A stretch of 64,000 nt of DNA. Origin: Podarcis pityusensis. Taxonomy: Eukaryota. The DNA is taken from assembly GCA_964106645.2 (NCBI GenBank), contig OZ067039.1; one strand, 5' to 3'. Both the position numbers and the translations under genes were made by a program. Shown here one piece after another: positions 1 through 10,590 of this stretch; position 1 is the stretch's first letter, and each line of letters begins with the position of its first letter. Below the pieces are notes generated by a model. It made no database searches. It saw nothing but the letters and a program-made list of their open reading frames with translations, and was not told the DNA's origin.

Positions 1-459
1 AAAGTTTTGGGTTCTTTGTAGGACATGCTAGCCTGGTATGGTGCAGGAAGGTCTTCATGGCTCTTGAGTTTTGTAGCTTCTTGAGAATTATAATTGGAAG
101 AACTGGGGTTATTTAGGTCAGTTCAGCAAAGCTGATGGTAAATTTTGGAACCCTTTCTAGTGTATGTTTGTATTGCATTCTACTTCTGCTGCTACTCCAA
201 TGAAGCATATCTCAAACTTGGTGGCAGTTGTTTGGACATTATGCATCTAGGGGGGCATGTTGTTCAGGATTTTAGTGTAGGTTTGCGTGTGAAGAACCTA
301 CCCACCCCGTCTCTATAATATATGTACTCAGTCTCTCTTTCCCTCTTGCTGTTTTTTTCCTCAGACTGGACTGGTGGGGTCTTGTTAGTTCTTCTTAAGT
401 ATCACTTTTTGAAACATGTTTTGATACCCTTCAGTCACAATGAAATATTTTCTTGGCAG

Positions 460-509
460 AGTCACCAAAGATGAGACAGAGACCCCCTCCTCGTCGAGAT
501 CTCACAATA
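460..509 (+). CDS. SH3PXD2B: SH3PXD2B (Tks4) third-to-last coding exon, 50 nt
   Basis: Acceptor tttcttggcAG (457-459) and donor GTAAGT at 510. Encodes ..SPKMRQRPPPRRDLTI, matching recalled Tks4 sequence upstream of SH3-3. Too short for the ORF track. Confidence 0.93.
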
Positions 510-1884
510 GTAAGTATTGCCCCCAGTTGCTTTAAGCTGGGGAGTTCTGGTGCATTATTAAATACATAGAACAAAAATAAGCTAGACCAGTGGTGGTGGT
601 AGAAAGGGACACAGCTTGTCTTGCCGCATTTTGCATTTTGGCATAGATTCCCATGTGCAAACATGTCCGTATATGTAACTTGCTTCTTAATGAATGGATG
701 AATATGGAAGTGATAAAATAATGCTCTGGCAAGGATCAGACCATTGCCGCAATATATAAAGGGGGAAATAGTGCTTTCTGCATGCATGCCCAGTGCAATT
801 GATCCCATGCACAAAATTCATTGCATGAGAAGCTTCCCTAATCTTCCTCCTTGTGATCCACATGTGCAGTGGTTCTACCTAATATAGCTGGTGCAGGAGT
901 GAGGCTTAAACCCCCCCCCCCCATCTGCTTTCTTCTGTCAAGGGTCTCTTGCCTTACGAATGAGTATATACCATTCTGTTTTGAAGTAGCTGCACAGGCC
1001 TCTTCTGTTGTGTTTATGGCCAGCAGATAGCTGCAGCTGCCCACAAAATATACTTCAGGTGTGGCAGTTTCCATAGCACAGGTGCTCTGGAAATAAGCCT
1101 ACTTACCTACCATATATGACAATGTGCACTGCATGTATATAGAGTATATATGCTTAATCTGTCGTGGGAGCATGGACTAAGGAAAGCTTTGCTTATAAGC
1201 CTCATGCATGTGTTTCTCTATGCATACAACTTTCCCTCAAGTTCAGAGATTGACCAAGGAAACGTTGCCTTCTCCATGAGGCCCTGGAGCACACACAGCT
1301 GGCAGGTCAGCAGTTGAAATATGTCCTGTATAGATGTCCCTGAAATAGATTTTGTTTTTTAAAGCAAACTTGGCCCATTTTCCATGTCATTCCTTTTATA
1401 TCATAGTATTAGAAAGTGACTATATTCACTGATAAAAGAGTCTACAGAGAGTTGAAAATAAAACCCCACAGAGGGAACTCTTAGGGTAAGAAGATCCCTT
1501 GGGGAAAAGTGAGGGGTTTTTGCTTCTTCAGCGATAGTTTTCCCAGGAGCAGCCATTCAAAGCAGGGCTGAAGCTGGGATTACTTCTCTGCAGACCTGAA
1601 TTTTAATCTGAGCTGCCCAAGAATCCATGAGCTTCTAAGGCTCTCCTCCCCTTCGAGGCAAGGAGTATGACGTCTGGAAGTTCATTTCCAGGCCCAGACC
1701 TGCTAAACATCTCCAGCATCTTTAATCCCGTGTGGCCTCTCTTGAAAGATGAGCTTGTCAGCAGTAACTGTAAAATCAGTGAAGCCACATGAACCTGCCA
1801 GCCAAATGCTACCTTCCTTGTGGGCTATTTTGGAGGGCAGTGGGGTATATTGTCCCTTGTCATCTTCGGACAGAAGTAGGCTGA

Positions 1885-2112
<228 letters not shown>

Positions 2113-2868
2113 TAGTTGTCTGATACAATTGATTTATGCTGATGATTGACAGGGATGAGCAGTGCTTTTTTTCCTAAAAAAAAATGTTTAGGAGTACTCT
2201 CATTTTGACTCAAGAAAATCACCATTTTATAGTTCAAATCGGGGAAAATAAATACAGTAAATGGACAAAGTACAAAGATTCACAAATTGTTTAGGGGTAT
2301 GCGTACTCCTGCACCCGCCACCAGAAAAAAGCACTGGGGATTAGGGTCAAATTTCTGTCCTTCTATCGGTGAGTAAGGAAGGATAATCCTCCCTGGTGTG
2401 CTGTGTTCTAGTCTGACTGGTATGTTCGTATTCCGTTTTAAAAGGTGTGTGGAACAGCTCACCTTTCCATCCTCCCTCCACACATGCACAGCAGCCCCTT
2501 TCACTGGGAGAAGGTAGAAGTATAAAAATGAGGTATTCTCTGCTTCTCCGCCATGAATGGAATGTCTGCTGAAACTGCAACCATCTTTCATCTTCTGGTA
2601 ATGCAGGCAGTGATCTTCTCCAGCTGCCTGCTCACCCTGAACTTTCACATTTTCCTTCATCAGATTTTTGCCTTATCAGCTTAAAATATTTGCATACTGC
2701 TTACTATTTATTCATTTATTGCACTTCTCTCCCACTTTTTATTTCCCCATCCCCAATTAAAATTACATTTTAAAAATATTTTTATTTATTTTATATATGC
2801 AACCACTATATTCAAGAATCTTGAAGTGATTCGCTCCATAAAAACACACACGCAACTACACTACTACA

Positions 2869-2871
<3 letters not shown>

Positions 2872-2901
<30 letters not shown>
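2872..2901 (+). repeat. (TG)15 microsatellite
   Basis: Read directly. Confidence 0.95.
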
Positions 2902-2902
<1 letters not shown>

Positions 2903-2992
2903 ATTTAGAAATGGGGATGTTAATTAGCTGTATCAGCCTTTAAAAATTTGGAGTTTAGTATCCTGCTGGTGGTACCTCATCTATGGCTCATT

Positions 2993-3010
2993 GCTGACAC
3001 CTAGTGGCCA
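2993..3010 (-). promoter_or_regulatory. Candidate CTCF site
   Basis: The minus strand reads TGGCCACTAGGTGTCAGC, close to the CTCF core CCACYAGRKGGCR. Motif match only. Confidence 0.5.
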
Positions 3011-3776
3011 AGTAGTTTTCTTGGCCAATTGGATTATTGTGCTGTGAAAGGTGGCCTACTTTTGATGCTCTGTATACATATGCATGTGTGGATGCTCAGG
3101 TACAAGAGTGATTCTCATTTAATAGTGCAAACTAGCTAGAAGTACATGATTATATTTTGTATTGCACAAGGGCCTCAGCCATTTCATACATTATACTGAG
3201 ACAAGCCCAGTTGTGTTACTGAGTGTTAACTCAACAAGGAGTTGCAGCCATTCTATGGCTCCTGTTGCAACAGATGCATGCATGGCATCCACATATTACA
3301 TTTCTAGGTGTGCACAAACACAAAATTACTTGTACACCTACGAAATGTCCTTTGTGAAATGATTCTCGCCTTCAGACAGTTAGATAAATTCAACAACAGA
3401 AGATTCTGTTAAGCAGAGTGAAAGGCCAAGGTTAGGACAATATAAGAAGTTTAAAGAGCAATATAAGGAAGCTACAGCTTTCTGCAGTTCCTTATCTATG
3501 AGAGGAAATGCCAAAAGATTCAAGGCTGAAATGAGACTCCATGGCAATTTAAAAAGATGGTTTTGAAAGTGGAAGCTCTTCCTTAATCTCCACCACCACC
3601 TTTGCTCCTAGAATTGGGAGGGAGGCAGAAAAGAAATTGCTGGGGCATGGCTTCATCCTTGGGCTGGGGGTTAGACACCTCTGTTCTTAAGTAACCCCCT
3701 CAGCTTTGATGTGAGCAGTTGAAGCAACTGGTGCGGCAAGAGATCTAAGGCATGGCGTTTCTCTTTCCTTCCGCAG

Positions 3777-5315
3777 GTCATTGAGAAGAACCTGAGTGGT
3801 TGGTGGTACATCCAGATAGAGGAGAAGGAAGGCTGGGCACCAGCTACTTTCATTGACAAGTACAAGAAAACTAGCAATGCATCTAGGCCTAACTTCTTGG
3901 CACCGCTGCCGAATGAAATGGCGCAGCTCCGGCTTGGTGACAGTGTGGCAGAGAGCAGCTCTAATGGAGAAGCCTTTGGGCCGTCCAGGCCTCTGCCTGA
4001 AGCACCACCCAATGACATAGACAGTGCAGGGAAATGGAAAGCGAAGGAGGTTTCCAAGGGTGCCCTGCCAGAGAGCAGCGATGCATCTCTCTCCGTAGGG
4101 TACGAGGAGATTTGTGATCGGGACACCGAAGAGAAGCCGAGCCTCCCTCCGAGGAAGGAATCCATAATTAAATCCGAAGAGGAGTTGATAGAAAGGCAGC
4201 GGTTGGAACAGAGGCCACCTCCAAAGCCTCCTGGCATGATTTTGCCTGCGATTCCCCCCAAGCAGGCTGTTCCTCCGAGGGACAACAGGAAGCCAGAGCT
4301 CAAAACAGAGAAGGGGAAACTGTTCCAGCTGAAAAACGAAATGGGGCTAGAGTGTGGGCACAAGGTGTCTCCCAAAGAGGTGAAGAAGCCGAACCTTCGG
4401 CCCACTGTTAAGCCTGCCAAGCCAAAAGTTGAGCCCCCGGAGGACAAGCCTGAGCTCGGGACCCCAAACCCTTTCCTGAAATCAAAGCCTCAGGTCAGAC
4501 CCAAGCCAGCAGCAGCCCCTAGGACAGATCCCCCTCAGGGAGATGACAAACTAGACATTTGCAACCTGAGGAGCAAACTCAGGCCTGCCAAGGCGCAAGA
4601 GAAGCCTTCTGATCAGGACCCCACGGCTGGCGAGAGTGCCTTCAGTAACAACGCACTTCCTGTGGAATCTTCCGTCCGGTCTCAGGAAAGGCCAGCTGTG
4701 GAGATGAGGCCTCCATCCAGACCAGACAGCCAAGTCTTCAAGGAGGCTGCTTCATCCAAAGTTCCTTTTGGCTCCGCAAAGCTGAGTGAGGCTGATTCCA
4801 AGGGTAGCTTTCCAGCTTCCAGGGAACCACCTCAGCGGCCCGTAGTGCCACCCAGGAGGCCTCCTCCTCCCAAGAAAGCCTCCACACCATCGCCTGCATC
4901 TTCGTTTGCCCCCTCTCCAGAAAATAAAGCTCCACAGAGGGAAGTGCCTGAACTGAGAGCTGCCTCTGTCCCTGGCAGGCCGATGCTGGTTCCACCAAAA
5001 GCCAAAGGTTTCCTGCCAGCTCCGTGCCAAGATGAAGCCAAAGCGAAAAGCGGCCTAGGCCCAAAGGGAATCCCCAAGCCTGTGGAGAGGGAGAGAGGAT
5101 CCGTCCCCATCACCAGTTCAGACATCTCCAGAGAAGCCCTCTATGTGGCTGTGGCAGATTTTGATGGCGATGAAGAAACCAGCAGCTTTAAAGAAGGGAC
5201 CTTGTTTGAAGTCCGAGAGAAGAACAGCAGCGGCTGGTGGTTCTGCAAGGTCCTTGCTGGAGCGCCATGTTGGGAAGGCTGGATTCCTTCCAATTATCTC
5301 AGAAAAAAGCCATAA
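3777..5315 (+). CDS. SH3PXD2B: SH3PXD2B last coding exon: end of SH3-3, Pro-rich linker, SH3-4
   Basis: Acceptor ttccttccgcAG (3774-3776). Reads [31 protein letters not shown], in frame with ORF 3897-5315, and ends ALYVAVADF...[14 protein letters not shown]. The terminus matches Tks4, not Tks5. Confidence 0.97.
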   Translation, partial: VIEKNLSGWWYIQIEEKEGWAPATFIDKYKKTSNASRPNFLAPLPNEMAQLRLGDSVAESSSNGEAFGPSRPLPEAPPNDIDSAGKWKAKEVSKGALPESSDASLSVGYEEICDRDTEEKPSLPPRKESIIKSEEELIERQRLEQRPPPKPPGMILPAIPPKQAVPPRDNRKPELKTEKGKLFQLKNEMGLECGHKVSPKEVKKPNLRPTVKPAKPKVEPPEDKPELGTPNPFLKSKPQVRPKPAAAPRTDPPQGDDKLDICNLRSKLRPAKAQEKPSDQDPTAGESAFSNNALPVESSVRSQERPAVEMRPPSRPDSQVFKEAASSKVPFGSAKLSEADSKGSFPASREPPQRPVVPPRRPPPPKKASTPSPASSFAPSPENKAPQREVPELRAASVPGRPMLVPPKAKGFLPAPCQDEAKAKSGLGPKGIPKPVERERGSVPITSSDISREALYVAVADFDGDEETSSFKEGTLFEVREKNSSGWWFCKVLAGAPCWEGWIPSNYLRKKP

Positions 5316-5716
5316 GCCCTTCCATTTGTCTTCAGATTAAGCAGCAGCTCAACATTCCCCATTTTAGTATCAAAATATTTAATTAGTTTATTTATAGTTT
5401 TTCATAAGGCTGGCTCTATTATTATTTTTTTAAGTATCTGGGACACCATACATTCCAACTTGTGTCATTTCCAAGAAAGAATAGCAAGAGAAACAGGCCT
5501 TCCTATTAGTGTAGTTTTGCTACTGTTGCTACTCTTGGCAGCTCATTCCCTAAATAATTTTTAAGAGGTTAATTCACAGAGACACACACAATTGATCCCT
5601 TCCCCAGCCTCCATGTGGTTTAGGTCCACCTGCCCCTCACAGGGCTGGCTGATAAAAAAAAGTGTTCTTTAAAATTGTCTCTCAAGTTCTGGAACACACA
5701 GTAGCACACAAAATGC

Positions 5717-5720
<4 letters not shown>

Positions 5721-5758
<38 letters not shown>
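5721..5758 (+). repeat. (AC)19 microsatellite in 3'UTR
   Basis: Read directly. Confidence 0.95.
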
Positions 5759-5761
<3 letters not shown>

Positions 5762-7152
5762 AGAATGTAAAAACCTGCGAGATGATTTGTTTTCAGCTTG
5801 GTGAGGAAATGGAAGTGAGTCCCACTAACCAATGAATGGAAATGAGAAATTGAAAAGCCACTGTTTGTGCTGAGTTCCCTTGTTAAATACCATGTGCCAC
5901 ATTTTGCTGTTGTTCAGGTGCTAATAGGCCTCTGAATAAGTAATTTGATGTTCTAGGATATGCCTAGGTGGAAAGGCCCGTCCAAGTAGCTGCTAAGAGA
6001 TTCTTTCTAGCCTTGTATAAGTATCTTTTGCCCCATATTTGAGCAATCCTTCTGCCACTGTAGGTCCCACATTAATGCCTCTTTTGATGTCTGTTGTGCT
6101 GACCTCTTTGTATAGGCTCCCCTCCCAGTATTATAGTCTCCTTTTAGTAAATAAAGCAGATATTATATTAGGTTATCTATACTGTTCCGCTGTAAGGTTT
6201 CAAATAACTCCCAAGACCTCCTGGCAGGAGGATTGCTAGCAGAACAAAGTGCTGCCTCTTCAGGGACAGATTGCACAGCTGCATTCACGCCTGTACGCAA
6301 GTAGATCTCTAGTGCTGTCCTATCATGATTCCTCAGGTCTGGTAGATGACAGCTGCCAGGATGGTAGCCCTCCAGTGGGTGCTAATAATTTATACTGCAA
6401 GGCTTCCCAACCTGGAAGTAGCATCTAGATTTTACAAGGGACGGAGGTTTTGCTGTACCTCTCCCCACTTTATCTATTCCTTATCCTTTTCAAAAAGCAT
6501 GTTTCTCACCCATGTGTTGAGTTGTAGGGTGGAGAGGGGGAAATGTGGATGTTATGCAGCGAGGCTAAAACAATAGTTCTTGGAGCAATGTGAACTGCTC
6601 TGACTTATCTGAGTGGGAAGGCATGTGTCTGATCCTGGCTTCTTTAACTATGGACCATTCCAATTTCTGTGATGCCATGGAAATGGCTCTCATGAGAGGA
6701 GGGCTGGGTTCAGAGCACAATGTGCTTAATACGACATATGTATATTTTGGAGCAGTGGCCATGAGGCATCAGAGAAAGAAATATCAAATGTGCGTTTAGA
6801 AATATATATGTCTTCCCATACTTTGCCCCCCTTTCATTTAATACATGTGTATGTGTATTTATCTCCAGGGTGTGAAAAAGCCAGATGAGCAATGCCTCCT
6901 GCTCTCAATCTTAGATGTTTTCAAACTTACCATTGCTGCAATGGATCAGTGGTTTTATTTTCAGAAATATAAACCTGGATAGATTCACTGCTGATCTAAC
7001 AGTAAAAAAAGAAATCATGTTTGCATTGACCAAGAGAGGATCAGTGATTTCCCATGTGTGTGTTATTGGTTTGAGTCTGCCTAGTTTGGTCTCCCATGGG
7101 CTGAACTCTACTTACCTGCTTTAATCAGGTAGTATGCAGATTTAACTTAAGC

Positions 7153-7290
7153 CAACCTTCCCCAATCTAGTGCCTTCCAGATGTTGAACCACAACCCCCA
7201 TCATATGAGCCCCAGCCAGTAGGGCTAATAGTTAGGGGTGGTGAGAACATGCAACTCGACACCTGGAGGGTACTAGTTCGAGGAAGGCTG
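7153..7290. mobile_element. Short palindromic hAT-type MITE
   Basis: Termini CAACCTTCCCCAA...GAGGAAGGCTG with internal CCTTCCAGATGTT / ACACCTGGAGGG arms. Same family as 9384-9507. Confidence 0.75.
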
Positions 7291-7511
7291 GCTTAAGTTA
7301 AATCTGCATACTGTCATAAATCTTCCTATATAATGGGTATTTTTAAAAAATGGAGGATTTAGGAGTCCATCTCCTAACTTTGCTTTCTGAAAATCAGCAC
7401 TTGAAGTTCACTTCATGTCATTTTCCCTAAAGACATGTTGCTTTGGTCCCAGCTTAGATACAGGTACTGTCCTTTTAGTGCTGTAGTGTTTCTTTTGTCC
7501 ATCCCTTAGAT

Positions 7512-7565
7512 CAGCGGTAGCCAACATGGTACCCTAAATGATGTTGGGCTACAACTCCCATCACC
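7512..7565. mobile_element. Left half of a hAT-type MITE split by an L2 insertion
   Basis: CAGCGGTAGCCAACATGGT...GGCTACAACTCCCATCA, preceded by CCTTAGAT. Confidence 0.65.
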
Positions 7566-7574
7566 AGCTTCAAG

Positions 7575-8703
7575 CAACTTCAAGCATTCTTTGAGGATGC
7601 GGATTATCTAGATCCATTCTAGTCTGGATTCTGGCTTGGTTTGGAGACAGATCAGCCTTGGTTGCCCTGATAAATTACCATTGTCTAGAGAAGGATAGGG
7701 GGAGTGTGACTGTGTTACTCTTTCTTGATCTCTGTGACCTTTGATACCATCTGCTATGGTGTTCTTGGACTGGCTCTGAGAGATGGGACCTGGGGGCATG
7801 TTCTTCAGTGGTCCGTTCCTACCTTCAGAGCCTGTTTCAGAGAGTAGCACTGGAAGATTGCCTGTTGGCTTCCTGGCAGTTATGTTAAGAGGTCCCAAAG
7901 CTTACCATCTTGTCCCCAGTTCTGTTTAATGCCTATATGAAGCCTTTGGGTGAGGCCATTAGAATATTTGGAGCTAACTGCCATTGATAAACTGGTGTCA
8001 CCCAACTCTTTCTCTTTGGCATTTGAGTCGGGTATGGTGTGCAAGCCCAGAGCCAGTGTCTGGACTCAGTGGTGGGTTGATAAACTGAAGCTGAATCCTG
8101 GTAAGTCTCAGGGCCCTGTGTGTGTGTGCACCTACTGTCCAGGATAGAGGTCAGTTACCTGCTGTGGGTGGGGTTGCACTTCCTTTGAAGGGACAGGTAT
8201 GTAGTCTGAGAGTGATGCTTGATCCATTGTTATCACTGGAGGCTCCAGTACCTTGGAATGCTTGGTAGTTTTGGCTGGTGTGCCAGCTATGGCTGTTTCC
8301 GGACAGGGATAGCTTAGCTTCAGTGGCCCATGCAGTGGTCCCCTTGCAATGGAATTGCTGCAGTGTGCTCTGTGTAGAGCTTGTGTTTGGTTGGGAAGCT
8401 GCAACGGATGCAGAATGTGGAGTCACAGCTTATGGCCAGGTTGCCTTCTGGAGAGAACTGCACTGGATGGCAAAAAGCTTTACAGGACCAAATTTAAGAT
8501 TTTACTGTTAAGAGTATAAAGCCCTAAACAGCTTGGTACCAGGGTATCTGATACATCACCTCTATGTACCTGTATGTTCACTGCAGTATTTTATTTTTCA
8601 AAACTGTATTTTTACTTTTGTTGTTGTTGTTTTGTTGTTGTATACTGTTATGGCATTTTGTAACATTTAGCAGTTATCAATATTCCAAAATTAATTAATA
8701 AAT
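7575..8703 (+). mobile_element. Degenerate 5'-truncated L2-clade LINE (RT remnant and tail)
   Basis: Decayed RT-region motifs in the expected order: LLDL..FDT (~7720), GVP..ILSPVLFNAYMKPLGEAI (~7890-7960), KLKLNPGK (~8082), PLKGQVCSLRVMLDP (~8182), LHW..YKALNSL (~8458-8535). Ends in an AT-rich tail (TAATAAAT). Boundaries approximate. Confidence 0.8.
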
Positions 8704-8709
8704 CGGCTA

Positions 8710-8779
8710 AACCAATGATCAGGGTTGATGGGAGTTGTAGTCTGACAATGTCTGGAAGATACCACGTTTGTTATCTCTA
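8710..8779. mobile_element. Right half of the split hAT-type MITE
   Basis: TGATGGGAGTTGTAGTC...ACCACGTTTGTTATCTCTA is an imperfect reverse complement of 7512-7563. Followed by TGTTAGAT (6/8 match to the left flank). Confidence 0.65.
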
Positions 8780-9383
8780 TGTTAGATAAGTCTCATTCAT
8801 CTTTGCATGGCCAGTAAGCAAGGTATCCTTTGTACCATATGGGAGATGAAATTTGATTATTCACTTTTTGTGCTCTGAACCTATGATAACTGCTCTAGTG
8901 ATGTCATCAGATAGGTAAAGAATTTGCAACCCTGTAATGTCATCTCAACACGTACTGCCCAGGTGCTTTCCCCCTCTTCTCTGTTCGATTATATGTGTGT
9001 GGTAGTAAACACTACAACACGATGCCAAAATAGATTGCTTTATACCAAAATAAATTACTGTGAAAAGAAGCAACTTGACTCATTCCCCCACCCACCCCAG
9101 TCTCAGTTCCAAGGGCCTTTCTTGTTCACATTTTGCTAGATCTTGAGGTGCTTCCTCGCGAGTCCCAGTTGCTCTCCTTCCACACACCTCTCTATCCTTG
9201 GCAAAACCTTCACAGAAGGGGCCCCGGACTGATAGTGCTGTGTCTGAAAGCAGTCCATGACACACACACCTCTGTGCCTCATTTTTTATTATTGCACAGG
9301 ATGCAGACAATAATACTGACCTAACTTGCTGGGCATGAGAAGCATTGGTGAGCTAACCCTTCCCTCAGTACTTTGTCCTAGGC

Positions 9384-9507
9384 CAGCCTCCCACAACCAG
9401 TGCTCTCCGGAAGTGGTTGGACTACAATTCCCATTAGACCCAGCAAACAAGGTTAGGGATGTTGAGAGTACAACAACATCTGGAATGGCACAGGCTGCGG
9501 AAAGCTG
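9384..9507. mobile_element. Short palindromic hAT-type MITE with 8-bp TSD
   Basis: Termini CAGCCTCCCACAACC...GGCTGCGGAAAGCTG. Flanks TCCTAGGC / TCCTATGC match 7/8. Confidence 0.8.
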
Positions 9508-10393
9508 TCCTATGCTGAATTGGGGGGGGGCAGGGTCATTCTAATTATTGCCTGTGACACATAGGTGAAACTTGCCCACAGTCACATACTGTGTTTTCCT
9601 TCCACCAAGCTCACTAAATCACATCCCAGGGTAACTAACTTTACTATGGGGATAAAGGATATTCAGCCTTTTGCTTACCAAAGCCAGCTTTGCAGCCCTC
9701 TGACTGGGATGTTGGAGGCAGAGGGAGGCTGCCTAAATGGCCTTGCCTTCCTGTGCAAACATTAGAAGCCTGTTTTAATGTCTCGTATTATGTAAACTTG
9801 TATCAATCTGTACTTTACCGTGGGTGGGATTTGGGGTGGGGGGAAGGGTTTCTGAGGATGATAGATGTAGCCTGTGTAAAATATCATGTATACTTCCAAC
9901 ATTAAAGGGTGGTGACTGTTGGGGTTTTTTTAGGAAAAGAAATAAAAAAATGAGCTTGACTGGTTTCAAGCAGAATTGTTACAACACTTTTGCTTTTTTC
10001 CTTCTGTCTATCCGACGTGTCAAATGCTGTTTTAACAGAACAAATGCCTTACTTAGGGGCCTGCAAGGCCCCCCCACTCACAGTCCTAGAAAGTGGCCTC
10101 TATCTGTCTCTCAAAAGAAGCAAGAGTATTACTTGCTCTTGGTGTAATCTTTCCAGAGCTAAGTTTTTACCAAGGTTGTACTGTTTCCTTCTCTGCCATA
10201 CCTGCTAGAGAAATGGGAATAATGCATTATTTCAAGCGTGAATTTATTAAACATACACGGGGGGGGGGGGGCCTTGCTTCTGCCAAGGCTAGACCTGTTG
10301 CAGTGACCTTTTTACCTTTTGGAGTAGTTTGAATGCTCAAGCAGCAATGGGGATACAAGTGGTTTGTTAAACGTTCTATAAAGCTTGTTCGAA

Positions 10394-10399
10394 AATAAA
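10394..10399 (+). terminator. Candidate distal polyadenylation signal of SH3PXD2B
   Basis: AATAAA with a GT-rich tract (gttgtggtgt) about 40 nt downstream. Confidence 0.5.
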
Positions 10400-10504
10400 A
10401 AGTCCTTCACCCAAAGTTTTCACAATGAAAGGTAGTAAGTTGTGGTGTCCCATAAGGTCCTCTTTGTTCATAAATTACCTGCAGCGAGGAATTGTGAAGC
10501 GGTC

Positions 10505-10590
10505 ACATGTGTGGATGGCATCAAAGGATCTCAACTGGACTGCAAAGAGCTCCAAAAGTGTTTGTCCAAACTGGGTGAGTATGCAACAAC
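10505..10590 (+). mobile_element. Short CR1-like RT fragment
   Basis: gactgcaaagagctccaaaagtgtttgtccaaactgggtgag translates to DCKELQKCLSKLGE, resembling CR1 ORF2. Confidence 0.45.

Larger units (their letters stand above)
5316..10420 (+). other. SH3PXD2B: Putative SH3PXD2B 3'UTR (end uncertain)
   Basis: Follows the stop codon. AATAAA hexamers at 6150, 8697, 9049, 9941 and 10394. The distal one is chosen by analogy to the long mammalian UTR. Confidence 0.5.

Noticed and set aside
3671-4447. 258-aa minus-strand ORF and other antisense ORFs over 4551-5125
   Set aside because: Antisense shadows of the GC-rich SH3PXD2B last exon, with no recognisable domain.
3897-5315. 472-aa ORF as a stand-alone gene
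   Set aside because: It starts at TTG inside an exon that begins at 3777; it is the spliced last exon.
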